From: Candidatus Cloacimonadales bacterium
Lineage (GTDB): Bacteria; Cloacimonadota; Cloacimonadia; Cloacimonadales; JAFGVF01
Reading direction: 5' to 3'
Assembly: GCA_963678375.2 (NCBI GenBank)
Contig: OY782831.1
Span: forward strand, 1,087,030 to 1,151,029
DNA length: 64,000 nt
Position numbers and translations under genes: made by a program. How positions within the stretch are numbered: the stretch's first letter is position 1; the number at the start of each line of letters is the position of its first letter. The notes beneath the pieces were generated by a model. That model was not told where the DNA came from and did not search any database. It saw only the letters and a list, made by a program, of their open reading frames with translations. Positions 19,083 to 28,034 of this stretch are shown in pieces.

Positions 19083-19745
19083 TTACAGCAAAGCATTAAT
19101 CATCTGAGCAAAGAAGCTCCAAACAATTTGAAATGGTTTATTGATAATTAATCCTATTATAGAAATGTTCAAAAAAGAGCCTAAAACTAAGGCACCTAGG
19201 ATTATATACATTCCATAGCGTTCAAGCTTTGAGTACTTTATATAAGCTTCATCAGATAAAAAAGCTCCCACTATTCTAGAGCCATCAAGTGGTGGAACAG
19301 GAATTAAATTGAAGAGAGCTAAAAATATATTTACTTGCATAGTAAGTTTAATCACATTAAAAGCTCTAACATTCTCACCAAGGCCTGATTTAGCTAGAAT
19401 GACATAAACTATAGCTAATAGGAAAGTAATTATAAAATTTGATAAAGGACCTGCAGCACCAGTAATTCCCATCCCTTTCTTATAGTTTTTAAAATTGTAA
19501 GGATTTATTGGTACTGGTTTGGCATAACCAAAGGCGAACCCAGCTGTCATAAAGAGTATTATTGGTAAAATTATTGTACCAAAGATATCTATATGTTGAA
19601 GAGGGTTTAAGGAGAGTCTACCCATTCGCTTTGCTGTATCATCTCCAAGCATATATGCTGTGTAACCATGACTTATCTCATGAATAACAATTGACATAAA
19701 TATGAAGAAGAAAGCTAATACTTGGGTTGTAAAATCCATATTCAT
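19083..19745 (-). CDS. Site-2 protease family (M50) membrane zinc metalloprotease
   Basis: 'HEISHG' HExxH inside a transmembrane helix, a polytopic profile, and 'NLIPVPPLDG'. Confidence 0.75.
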   Translation of the reverse strand: MNMDFTTQVLAFFFIFMSIVIHEISHGYTAYMLGDDTAKRMGRLSLNPLQHIDIFGTIILPIILFMTAGFAFGYAKPVPINPYNFKNYKKGMGITGAAGPLSNFIITFLLAIVYVILAKSGLGENVRAFNVIKLTMQVNIFLALFNLIPVPPLDGSRIVGAFLSDEAYIKYSKLERYGMYIILGALVLGSFLNISIIGLIINKPFQIVWSFFAQMINALL

Positions 19746-19761
19746 ATATTTATCCTATTTC

Positions 19762-20964
19762 TTACTTTTTAATAATTTTAGCGAATCTTCTTTTACCAAC
19801 CTTTATAGTAATTTCATCTTTTAACTCAATTTCTAAGTCTGGATTAGTAATTTTTTCACCATCAATAGAGACAGCATTTTGCTTGATCATTCTCTTTGCC
19901 TCTCCGTTACTCTTACATAAATCAGTATCTGTAAGTAATTTAATAATCCAGATTTTTTCTTCAGTAAAGCTAAATTCTTCTATATCATCTGGGATATTGC
20001 CTTTAGCAAAAACAGAATTAAAAGCATCTTCTTCAGCTTGGGCAATTTCTTGACCGTGATAGATTTTAACTAATTCACGTGCTAATAACTGTTTTAAAAT
20101 CTTTGGATTCTCACCTTGTTCTAATCTGTTTTTTACAGAATTTATTTCTTCTTCTGTATAGTTAGTTGCATAAGTAAAATAATTAATAATTAGACTATCA
20201 GGAATAGACATTACTTTTCCGTATTTATCTTTTGGGCTATCAAAAACTGCGATATAGTTATTTAAAGATTTACCCATTTTATTCACACCATCTGTACCCA
20301 TCAAAATTGGAGACATTATAGCTACCTGCTCTTCTTGATTATGATAACGTTGCATATCTCGTCCAGCAAGAAGATTAAATTTCTGTTCAGTTGCTCCAAG
20401 TTCAATATCAGATTCAATCGCTACTGAATCATAACCTTGTAGAATTGGATACATAATTTCATGCATCCCTAAAGGAAGTCCATTTTCATATCTTTTTCTG
20501 AAAGTATCATGGGCTAAGAATTGAGCAAGAGTAAATCTTCCCATTAACTTTATTACATCAGCCATAGTCATATTTCCAAACCACTCAGTTTGAAATCTCA
20601 CTTCAGTTTTATCTTTATCTAAAACAGTATAAAGCTGATCCATATATTTTTCGCAGTTCTTCATTATTTGGTCTTTTGTCAATGGAGGACGAGTTTCATT
20701 CTTACCTGTAGGATCACCTATTTGGGCAGTGAAATCACCGATAATAATCACACCTATGTGTCCTAGGTCTTGAAACTGTCTCATCTTTCGAATAGGGACT
20801 AAATGCCCGATATGAACTTGGGAACCAGTTGGATCTATACCATATTTTACTCTTAGAGGTTTTCCAGTTTTAGCTGATTTCTTAAGTTTGGCTATTAATT
20901 GTTCTTCAGGGACTATCTCTTCAACCCCTTTTTTCAGCATTTTTACTTGTTCTTCTATTGTCAT
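19762..20964 (-). CDS. tyrS: Tyrosine--tRNA ligase
   Basis: 'GIDPTGSQVHIGHLV' (HIGH), 'KMGKS' (KMSKS), C-terminal S4-like domain. 400 aa. Confidence 0.9.
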   Translation of the reverse strand: MTIEEQVKMLKKGVEEIVPEEQLIAKLKKSAKTGKPLRVKYGIDPTGSQVHIGHLVPIRKMRQFQDLGHIGVIIIGDFTAQIGDPTGKNETRPPLTKDQIMKNCEKYMDQLYTVLDKDKTEVRFQTEWFGNMTMADVIKLMGRFTLAQFLAHDTFRKRYENGLPLGMHEIMYPILQGYDSVAIESDIELGATEQKFNLLAGRDMQRYHNQEEQVAIMSPILMGTDGVNKMGKSLNNYIAVFDSPKDKYGKVMSIPDSLIINYFTYATNYTEEEINSVKNRLEQGENPKILKQLLARELVKIYHGQEIAQAEEDAFNSVFAKGNIPDDIEEFSFTEEKIWIIKLLTDTDLCKSNGEAKRMIKQNAVSIDGEKITNPDLEIELKDEITIKVGKRRFAKIIKK

Positions 20965-21173
20965 TATATTACCTCTTTTTATTATCTAAGATATTGCGAT
21001 ATTTTACTAACTGCATCATTTAAAAAGCCTTTTTTTACGTCAAGGAAAAAACACTGATAAGGATAGACAAGAAAACTGAGGGATTTCTTAGTATGAAGCA
21101 AAAGTGTTTTGGGTAATTTATCTTGATACAAGAAGATATTTCTTAACAAGAAACTTATTTTTTAAAAAAGTTC

Positions 21174-21200
21174 TTGCCACGAAATAATAACTTGTATAAT
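21174..21200 (+). promoter_or_regulatory. Candidate sigma70-type promoter upstream of the selenoprotein candidate
   Basis: TTGCCA (21174-21179) and TATAAT (21195-21200). The 15-nt spacer is short, so the call is tentative. Confidence 0.3.
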
Positions 21201-21253
21201 CTTGCAACAAGATGTGAAATATTTAAACAAAAAAATGGAAGGAGAATTTAAGT

Positions 21254-23119
21254 ATGAAAAAAGCAATGATTTTTGCTATGTTGTTACTTAGTTTACTTTC
21301 TCTCACAGCAGCTCAATTAAATGTTGTTGGAGAAGTATTCACAGAGTCTTGGTGAGGATACTGTCCACGCGCAAGAACAGGTCTGTTCAATCTTTATAAT
21401 AACCACCCTAATGTCGTCCCACTTATTTGGCAAGGAGATTCTAGCAATCAATCCCCAAATTATTCTTCAAGAAGAGGATTGGTAGGTTCAAATTCACAAG
21501 GTATTCCACAAACTGCTTTCCAAGGTACTGAACTAGAAGTCGGTGCAGCTGTTGATGCCTATAATGCTCAATTCTTACCTATTTACAACCAATTAATTAA
21601 TAATGAAGCTCCAATGACTATCGACTCCTACTTACTAGGTAGTGCTGGAGAATATAGCTTAAATGCTAATATCCAGCTTGAGGAAGCCTTTGATAATGCA
21701 AATGTTAAAGTTCTTTATATTTTAACCAGATATATAACTGATAGTTATTTCTCATCTGTGATTGCTTATGCAGAAGAAGATTTTACCCAAACTAATGCAG
21801 GTCAAAGTGGTACATATAGTCATGCATTCTCAGTTGATTCAAGCTGGGATGCTTCAACTATCAAAGGCTTTGTCTTAGTTCAAAGAATGTTAACTGGTGA
21901 CTCAGAAATTTTCCAAGCTGATGAAGCTGGTTCTTCAGCTGTTTCAATGACTGAAGCTGATTTCGGTCCAGCCTATATTGGTTCAGCTTTCACTAAATCA
22001 TTTGTTGTTGCTAATGTTAGTGGTTCAACTACTGATGTTACTATTACAATGGATGCACCTGGTTTTGAACTTTCAGGTGAAATGAACTATTCACTTGCTG
22101 GTGGAGCTATCCAAAACCATACTATCACTTTCTTACCAACTGAAGAAGAAAACTATAGTGGTGTAATTACTATTGCTACAGATATTCCAGGTTTTGAAAT
22201 GAATACTATTAGCCTTTCAGGCTCAGGATTTGCTAATCAAGCCCCTGTTGCTGAAAACTTAAGATATGATGGTGTTCTTATGAAGAACTTCTCAGTAGAT
22301 GTTATTTATGACTTCATGGATGCTGACGATGATGATGAAGGGGAAACAATGATGGCTTGGTATAGCTCAGATGATGGTGAAAACTGGACTGACTTTAACA
22401 ACATCAATGCTGATATTCAAACCCTACATTTCACTGCTGACCATGTTGGTAAATATTTCAAATTCACTCTTACACCTATTGATGAGCACCAAATGCCAGG
22501 TCAAGAACTTTCAGTTGTTACTCCTACACCTATAAGTGACTTAGTAGCTCCTACTAACTTCGCTTACACTATAGAAAATGGTAACGATGTTGTTCTTACT
22601 TGGGATCCACCTATCTTCCCTGAAGTTAGAGGTCTTTTTGGCTATAAAATCCAAAGAGGTTCTGCCTTTATCGCAACTATTATGGATACTGAAACCCTTA
22701 CTTACACTGATGAAAATGTTGAAGATGGAACCCATGTCTATGTCATTAAAGGTGTTTACTCTCCTGGTGGACTTTCAATGCCATCTGAACCTATTGAAAT
22801 TATCGTTAATAATGGCGTTTCTAACGAAAATGATACTCAAGAACTAATCGTTAGTAAATCATCTTACCCTAACCCATTTAGTCAGACTTCAGCTATCGAT
22901 ATTCAAGCTAAAAGAGCTCAACATATTCAAGTTGCTATTTATAACTTGAAAGGACAGTTGATTAAAACTCTAGCTGATGAAACATTCGCTCAAGGTATGC
23001 ATAATATTTCTTGGGACGGAAGAGATCAAAATGGCAACAAATGTTCAAACGGTGTTTACTTCTATAAAGTCGTAACTCCTGAAAAGACATTCAGTTCTAA
23101 AACTATTTTAATCAAATAG
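21254..23119 (+). CDS. Candidate secreted selenoprotein: Omp28-like/thioredoxin-like U-x-x-C N-terminal domain, Ig/Fn3-like domains and a T9SS C-terminal sorting domain. In-frame TGA (Sec) at 21353-21355.
   Basis: ATG 21254 with AAGGAG upstream. Signal peptide MKKAMIFAMLLLSLLSLTAAQ. The same frame reads through TGA into the 546-aa track ORF (21479..23119), which has only a TTG start and no signal peptide. Motif 'FTESW-U-GYCP'. C-terminus 'SYPNPFSQTSAI...NGVYFYKV'. Confidence 0.6.
21353..21388 (+). other. UGA recoding site plus candidate bacterial SECIS hairpin
   Basis: TGA at 21353-21355. GAAC(AG)/(CT)GTTC hairpin at 21375-21388 with an apical GGU; the loop lies about 26 nt from the UGA. The stem is short, so support is weak. 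Confidence 0.3.
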
Positions 23120-23150
23120 ATTTTTCTATTTGTAGAAAATATTCCACAAA

Positions 23151-23177
23151 AGCAGGTCCGGTGACCTGCTTTTTTTG
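23151..23177 (+). terminator. Rho-independent terminator
   Basis: AGCAGGTC, CGGT loop, GACCTGCT, followed by T7. Confidence 0.85.
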
Positions 23178-23369
23178 TTTATAAATCTTTTAGTTCCCCC
23201 TCCTTGATTGTTACACACGCCTTAGAAGGCCAATAAAGTATAAGGAGAATACCAATGAAGGAATAGGTAGAAGCGAGAACAAGACGAAAACATTTTAAGT
23301 AGAGTAGAATTTGACAAAAAACAATTAAATAATATATTGTAATAAACAATAAAAAAATTGAGGATAACT

Positions 23370-24665
23370 ATGAAAATATTAATATTGATAGCTATGGTTT
23401 TAGCTAGCTTTACCTTTCTTCAAGCTGATGTAGAAGATGACTTTGTTGATGCCATTACTAATGGAAGATATGAAGAGGCAGAAGGTTATTATAGTCCTGA
23501 ACTAACAGAAGCTTTGCAAAAAGGAAAATTAGAGTTTGTTTGGAATGGAATTTTAAGAAACACAGGTGATTTTGAAGTTATAGTAGAATCAAAGAGAGAA
23601 AATAGGGAAGACTTCTATTCAGTAGTTACAACTCTCAAGTTTGAGAATGTTTATATGGATATGGTATTAACAGTAAATAAAGATAATCAAATATCTGGAC
23701 TTTTCTTCCGACCTTCAGAATACACAGGTGATTTAGAACAAGTTCCACCTTATGTAGATGAATCTAAAATGATAGAAGAAGAAGTAGAATTTGATTGCAA
23801 GGGCTACAAAATGTATGGAACTTTAACAGTTCCAATGAATCAAAGATCTTTCCCAATAGTAATAATGGCAACAGGTTCTGGTCCAAACGATAGAGATGAA
23901 AAGATAGGCGCTAATAAGCCCTTTAAGAATATTGCTCAAGGCTTAGCTTCTCTAGGGGTAGCAAGCTTGCGTTATGATAAGCGTACTTTGACGCATGGTG
24001 CAGAGATTGCAAAGATTACTGATTTTGATATTGATAATGAATATACAGAAGAGATAGATGCAGCTATTGATTTTGTATCAACAAAATATGCTGGAAGAAA
24101 TATATATTATTTAGGTCATAGTATGGGCGCTTTTATGGTACCTAGAGTAATGAACAGCAATCCTGAGATTAGAGGAGCTGTAATGTTAGCTGCCAACGCT
24201 AGGCCATTAGAGGATTTAGTCTTGGAACAGACGGAATATATTATGGTAGAAACTGATGACATAAACGCAATGCGATATGCTTTAATTGAAAAAGCTGTTG
24301 CAGAAGTAAAGAAAATTGAAAACCTTGATAGTGAAGTTGAAGAACCATTATTATTAGATGTTTCTAAAGAATACTGGTTATCCCTAAATCTTTATGATCC
24401 TATAAAAGAAGCAAAAAAAGTTCAAGGACAAGTATTGGTTGTTCAGGGTGAACGTGATTATCAAGTTACTATGACAGACTTCAATATATGGAGAAAGAAC
24501 TTTGGTAATAATAAGAGTTGGCACTTTAAATCCTATGAAGACCTAAATCATCTCTTTATGAAAGGTCAGGGTAAATCTCTTCCAAAGGAATATATGAAAC
24601 CTGGATATGTAGCAGAGAAAGTAATTCAAGATATAGCAAGATTTATAAATAACTTAGAACAATAA
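23370..24665 (+). CDS. Secreted alpha/beta hydrolase with an N-terminal DUF3887-like domain
   Basis: ATG 23370 follows GAGGA. Signal peptide present. Nucleophile elbow 'GHSMGA'. The track's TTG start at 23358 is rejected. Confidence 0.7.
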   Translation: MKILILIAMVLASFTFLQADVEDDFVDAITNGRYEEAEGYYSPELTEALQKGKLEFVWNGILRNTGDFEVIVESKRENREDFYSVVTTLKFENVYMDMVLTVNKDNQISGLFFRPSEYTGDLEQVPPYVDESKMIEEEVEFDCKGYKMYGTLTVPMNQRSFPIVIMATGSGPNDRDEKIGANKPFKNIAQGLASLGVASLRYDKRTLTHGAEIAKITDFDIDNEYTEEIDAAIDFVSTKYAGRNIYYLGHSMGAFMVPRVMNSNPEIRGAVMLAANARPLEDLVLEQTEYIMVETDDINAMRYALIEKAVAEVKKIENLDSEVEEPLLLDVSKEYWLSLNLYDPIKEAKKVQGQVLVVQGERDYQVTMTDFNIWRKNFGNNKSWHFKSYEDLNHLFMKGQGKSLPKEYMKPGYVAEKVIQDIARFINNLEQ

Positions 24666-24777
24666 TCAGCATGATAAGTCTGCTTATTACAAAGAGTAAA
24701 TTTCAGCAAAAAAAAAGCTTGCTACTTTTTACCCTTAATTTTTTGTGGCTAAGTTGAGTAACTCAAAAGGAGATATC

Positions 24778-25191
24778 ATGACTGATAAACAACAAATGGA
24801 CGAAACAATGGAAGGGCCATTAACTCTTACATTAACCTTGGAAGATGGAAAAGAATTGAATTGCGAAGTTCTAGCAAGTCTTGAACATAATGATAAAGAA
24901 TATATCGCAGTTCTTCCTGAAGATGAAGATGAATTCTGGATTTACGAATATTCAGAAAATGAAGATGGTACTCTTAATATCAATAACATTGAAGATGATG
25001 ACACTTTTGATGAAGTTGGAAAAGCTTTTGAAGAAATGTTTGATGCAGAAGAAGATATTGATGCTATGATAGAAAACGATGACGAGGAAGAAGAACATAA
25101 ATGCAATTGCGGTTGTGAAGACAATAATGACGACTGTGACTGCGATGATGATGACTGCGATTGTGATTGCAAGGATTCAGATAAAAAATAA
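24778..25191 (+). CDS. DUF1292-like acidic protein with a Cys/Asp-rich C-terminal tail
   Basis: ATG 24778 follows AAAGGAG. 'LEDGKELNCEVLASLEHNDKEYIAVLPEDE...FWIYEY' resembles DUF1292. The tail reads HKCNCGCEDNNDDCDCDDDDCDCDCKD. Confidence 0.55.
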   Translation: MTDKQQMDETMEGPLTLTLTLEDGKELNCEVLASLEHNDKEYIAVLPEDEDEFWIYEYSENEDGTLNINNIEDDDTFDEVGKAFEEMFDAEEDIDAMIENDDEEEEHKCNCGCEDNNDDCDCDDDDCDCDCKDSDKK

Positions 25192-25212
25192 ATAAGTCTA
25201 TTATCACTTTTA

Positions 25213-25237
25213 AAGCAGGGTTATCCCTGCTTTTTTA
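25213..25237 (+). terminator. Rho-independent terminator
   Basis: AGCAGGG, TTAT loop, CCCTGCT, followed by a T-run. Confidence 0.8.
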
Positions 25238-25347
25238 TTTTACCTTTATAATCCTAGTAATGCTATAGAACTTTGTGTTTAAGAAAATTATTTACAGAAA
25301 AGAAAACATTTAAAAAATTGTACTATTAAGAAAACTTCGGAGGAGCC

Positions 25348-27069
25348 TTGCTAAAAAGATTCATAGCCTTTTATAAACCACATAAAGTCTTATTCTACAT
25401 TGATATAATAGCTGCAATAATAGCATCAGTTTTAAGTATCGTATTTCCTACAGTGACTAGAAAGCTAGTAGGTGAAACAATACCTGAGAAGGATGTTAGA
25501 ATGATTATCATCTTCTTTGCCATTCTCTTAATCATCTTCATAGCCAAGGCAGTTCTTAATTATATAAGAGTCAAATGGGGGCATATTTTAGGCGTTCGGA
25601 TGGAAGCTGATATGCGTTCTAAGCTCTTTAGGCACTTACAAAAACTATCTTTCACATATTATGATAATACTAAGACTGGTCATATAATGTCTAGAATTAC
25701 TAATGATTTGAATACAATAGCAGAGGTTGCCCATCATGCACCCGAAGATTTGATAATTTCGCTTTTCACTATTATAGGATCTTTCATTTTTATGTTTAAG
25801 TTTAATGCTACTCTAGCTTGGTTCGCTCTAATTCCTTTACCTTTTATGGTAATCTGGGGACTAACACTAGGTAGAAGAATGAAATCAGGTTTTAGGCTTG
25901 TCAGAAAGAAGATTGCAGATATGAACTCTTCAGTAGAAAACTCTGTTCAGGGAATTAGAGAAGTGAAATCTTATGCGAATGAAGATATTGAAATTGCTAA
26001 GTTTGGTAATGTTAATCTGCATTTTAAGCGAGCCAAAGAAAAGATGTATTCTCTCATGTCACTTTTCCACACAGGAATGGGTTTTATAACAGATCTTTAC
26101 TATGGTATTGTTTTAGGTGGAGCTACTTGGCTGATTCTGAATAATAGGCTTGAAGTTGCTGATTTGCTTGCTTTTATCTTATATATCAATTATATTTTAA
26201 ATCCAATAAATCGCTTAATAAACTTTGTTGAGCAGTATCAACAAGGAACTACTGCTTTTGAAAGATTCACTGAGATAATGGATATTGAGCCTGATATTAA
26301 TGATATAGAAAAACCAATCCAACTAACTTCTGTAGCAGGGGAAATAGTGATGAGAAATCTTGATTTTAAGTATCAGGGTTCTTCAGAGATGATTCTTTCA
26401 AATATTAACTTAAATGTTAAAGCTGGAAAAACAGTTGCCCTAGTTGGTGAATCTGGTGCAGGGAAATCAACTCTTGTTTCACTCATTCCTCGCTTTTATG
26501 AACCCCTAAAGGGTGACATCTTAATTGATGGTGTTAAAGTGAGAGATTTAGAGCAGAAATTCTTACGAGATAACATTGGTATTGTTCAACAAAATGTATT
26601 TCTTTTCGACACTACAATTAGAGAAAATATCCTCTATGGTCAACCCGAGGCAAGTGATGAAGAGGTTATTGAAGCAGCTAGGCGAGCCAATATTCTTGAT
26701 TTTATTTTAAGTCTGCCTGATGGTTTCGAAACTTTAGTAGGGGAGAGAGGTGTCAAGTTATCTGGAGGGCAAAAGCAAAGAGTTTCTATAGCAAGAGTAT
26801 TCTTAAAAGACCCACCTATTTTAATATTTGATGAAGCAACATCTTCTTTAGACACAGAATCTGAACTATATATTCAAGAAGCCTTGAGCCAGTTAAGTGT
26901 GGGAAGAACAACCTTGATTATAGCCCATAGACTATCAACTGTTGCTAATGCTGATTATACTTATGTAATGCGTAAAGGGGAGATTGTTGAATCTGGCCAA
27001 CATCAAGAATTACTTGCTGACAAGGGATATTATTATAACCTTTGCTCAAGAATGAATGTTTTTGAGTAA
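25348..27069 (+). CDS. ABC exporter, fused permease/ATP-binding protein (MsbA-like type)
   Basis: TTG start after GGAGGA. Six-helix transmembrane domain. Walker A 'GESGAGKST', 'LSGGQKQR', 'LIFDEATSSLD'. Confidence 0.85.
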   Translation: MLKRFIAFYKPHKVLFYIDIIAAIIASVLSIVFPTVTRKLVGETIPEKDVRMIIIFFAILLIIFIAKAVLNYIRVKWGHILGVRMEADMRSKLFRHLQKLSFTYYDNTKTGHIMSRITNDLNTIAEVAHHAPEDLIISLFTIIGSFIFMFKFNATLAWFALIPLPFMVIWGLTLGRRMKSGFRLVRKKIADMNSSVENSVQGIREVKSYANEDIEIAKFGNVNLHFKRAKEKMYSLMSLFHTGMGFITDLYYGIVLGGATWLILNNRLEVADLLAFILYINYILNPINRLINFVEQYQQGTTAFERFTEIMDIEPDINDIEKPIQLTSVAGEIVMRNLDFKYQGSSEMILSNINLNVKAGKTVALVGESGAGKSTLVSLIPRFYEPLKGDILIDGVKVRDLEQKFLRDNIGIVQQNVFLFDTTIRENILYGQPEASDEEVIEAARRANILDFILSLPDGFETLVGERGVKLSGGQKQRVSIARVFLKDPPILIFDEATSSLDTESELYIQEALSQLSVGRTTLIIAHRLSTVANADYTYVMRKGEIVESGQHQELLADKGYYYNLCSRMNVFE

Positions 27070-27091
27070 GGAGATAAAGGAATACTATCAA

Positions 27092-27952
27092 ATGAATAAA
27101 TTTAAGCAAAAAGACCAGGCAATTATTTGGATGCTAGTCTCAGCCTTAGCGTTCGCTATTATGGGAGCTATGGTAAAATTAGCCAATCAAGTTCCTGTAA
27201 TAGAGAAAGTCTTTTTCAGAAATCTAATCACTTTTCTTTTGATGCTAGTGATTATTATAAAGCAAAGGGAAAACCCCTTCAAGCAAGGACAAGCTAGTAA
27301 ATTTTTAATTATTAGGTCATTAGCAGGTTTAATGGGCGTAATTCTCTACTTCTATGCTATATCTAATATGCCTTTAGCCGATTCAACAATGCTAAACAAG
27401 TTATCCCCTTTCTTTGTAATTTTATTTGCTGGTATTTTCTTGAAAGAGGGATTCAACTTAAGAAAAGTAATAGTCATTATTGTAGCTTTTGTAGGTGCCT
27501 TATTGATAATAAAACCCCAGTTTGACATGAGTATCTTTCCTGCAATTGCTGGTTTATTATCAGCTGTGTTCGCTGGTTTAGCATATACTATAGTTAGATT
27601 TCTTAAAGGTAAAGCAGCCTCTAGTATGATTGTATTTTATTTCTCAACCATTTCAGTTTTGGGAACTTTTCCTATAGTTTTCAGGAATTTTATTATGCCA
27701 AGCACTATAAGCTTGCTAATTTTGATAAGCATAGGTATTTTTGCCGGTATTGGTCAAATTTCTTTAACTAAAGCCTATCATTTAGCTCCAGCTTCTGAGA
27801 TATCAATCTATAATTACGCATCTATACTTTTTGCTACTATTTTGGGACTATTTATAGGAGACTCATTTCCTGACATTCTTTCCATCATCGGAGGAATAAT
27901 AATATTTTTAACTGCATTCTATAATTACAAACTGATGAATAAAAAAAGTTAA
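27092..27952 (+). CDS. EamA/DMT family transporter
   Basis: About 10 predicted transmembrane helices in two EamA-like halves. The internal ATG 27092 is preferred over the overlapping 27056 start. Confidence 0.7.
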   Translation: MNKFKQKDQAIIWMLVSALAFAIMGAMVKLANQVPVIEKVFFRNLITFLLMLVIIIKQRENPFKQGQASKFLIIRSLAGLMGVILYFYAISNMPLADSTMLNKLSPFFVILFAGIFLKEGFNLRKVIVIIVAFVGALLIIKPQFDMSIFPAIAGLLSAVFAGLAYTIVRFLKGKAASSMIVFYFSTISVLGTFPIVFRNFIMPSTISLLILISIGIFAGIGQISLTKAYHLAPASEISIYNYASILFATILGLFIGDSFPDILSIIGGIIIFLTAFYNYKLMNKKS

Positions 27953-28034
27953 GTTAATATTGGAATATAACTTGCATTTAAGTAATCAAAATATTAAGAA
28001 ATGATATAATTATTAATAAATATAAGAGGATTTT

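Noticed and set aside
21353-21355. TGA reassigned as a sense codon (genetic code 4 or 25) instead of Sec
   Set aside because: All long conserved ORFs in the window (up to 1255 codons) are free of TGA, whereas reassigned genomes scatter TGA through their genes. Code 11 with one local recoding event, or a nonsense mutation, fits better.
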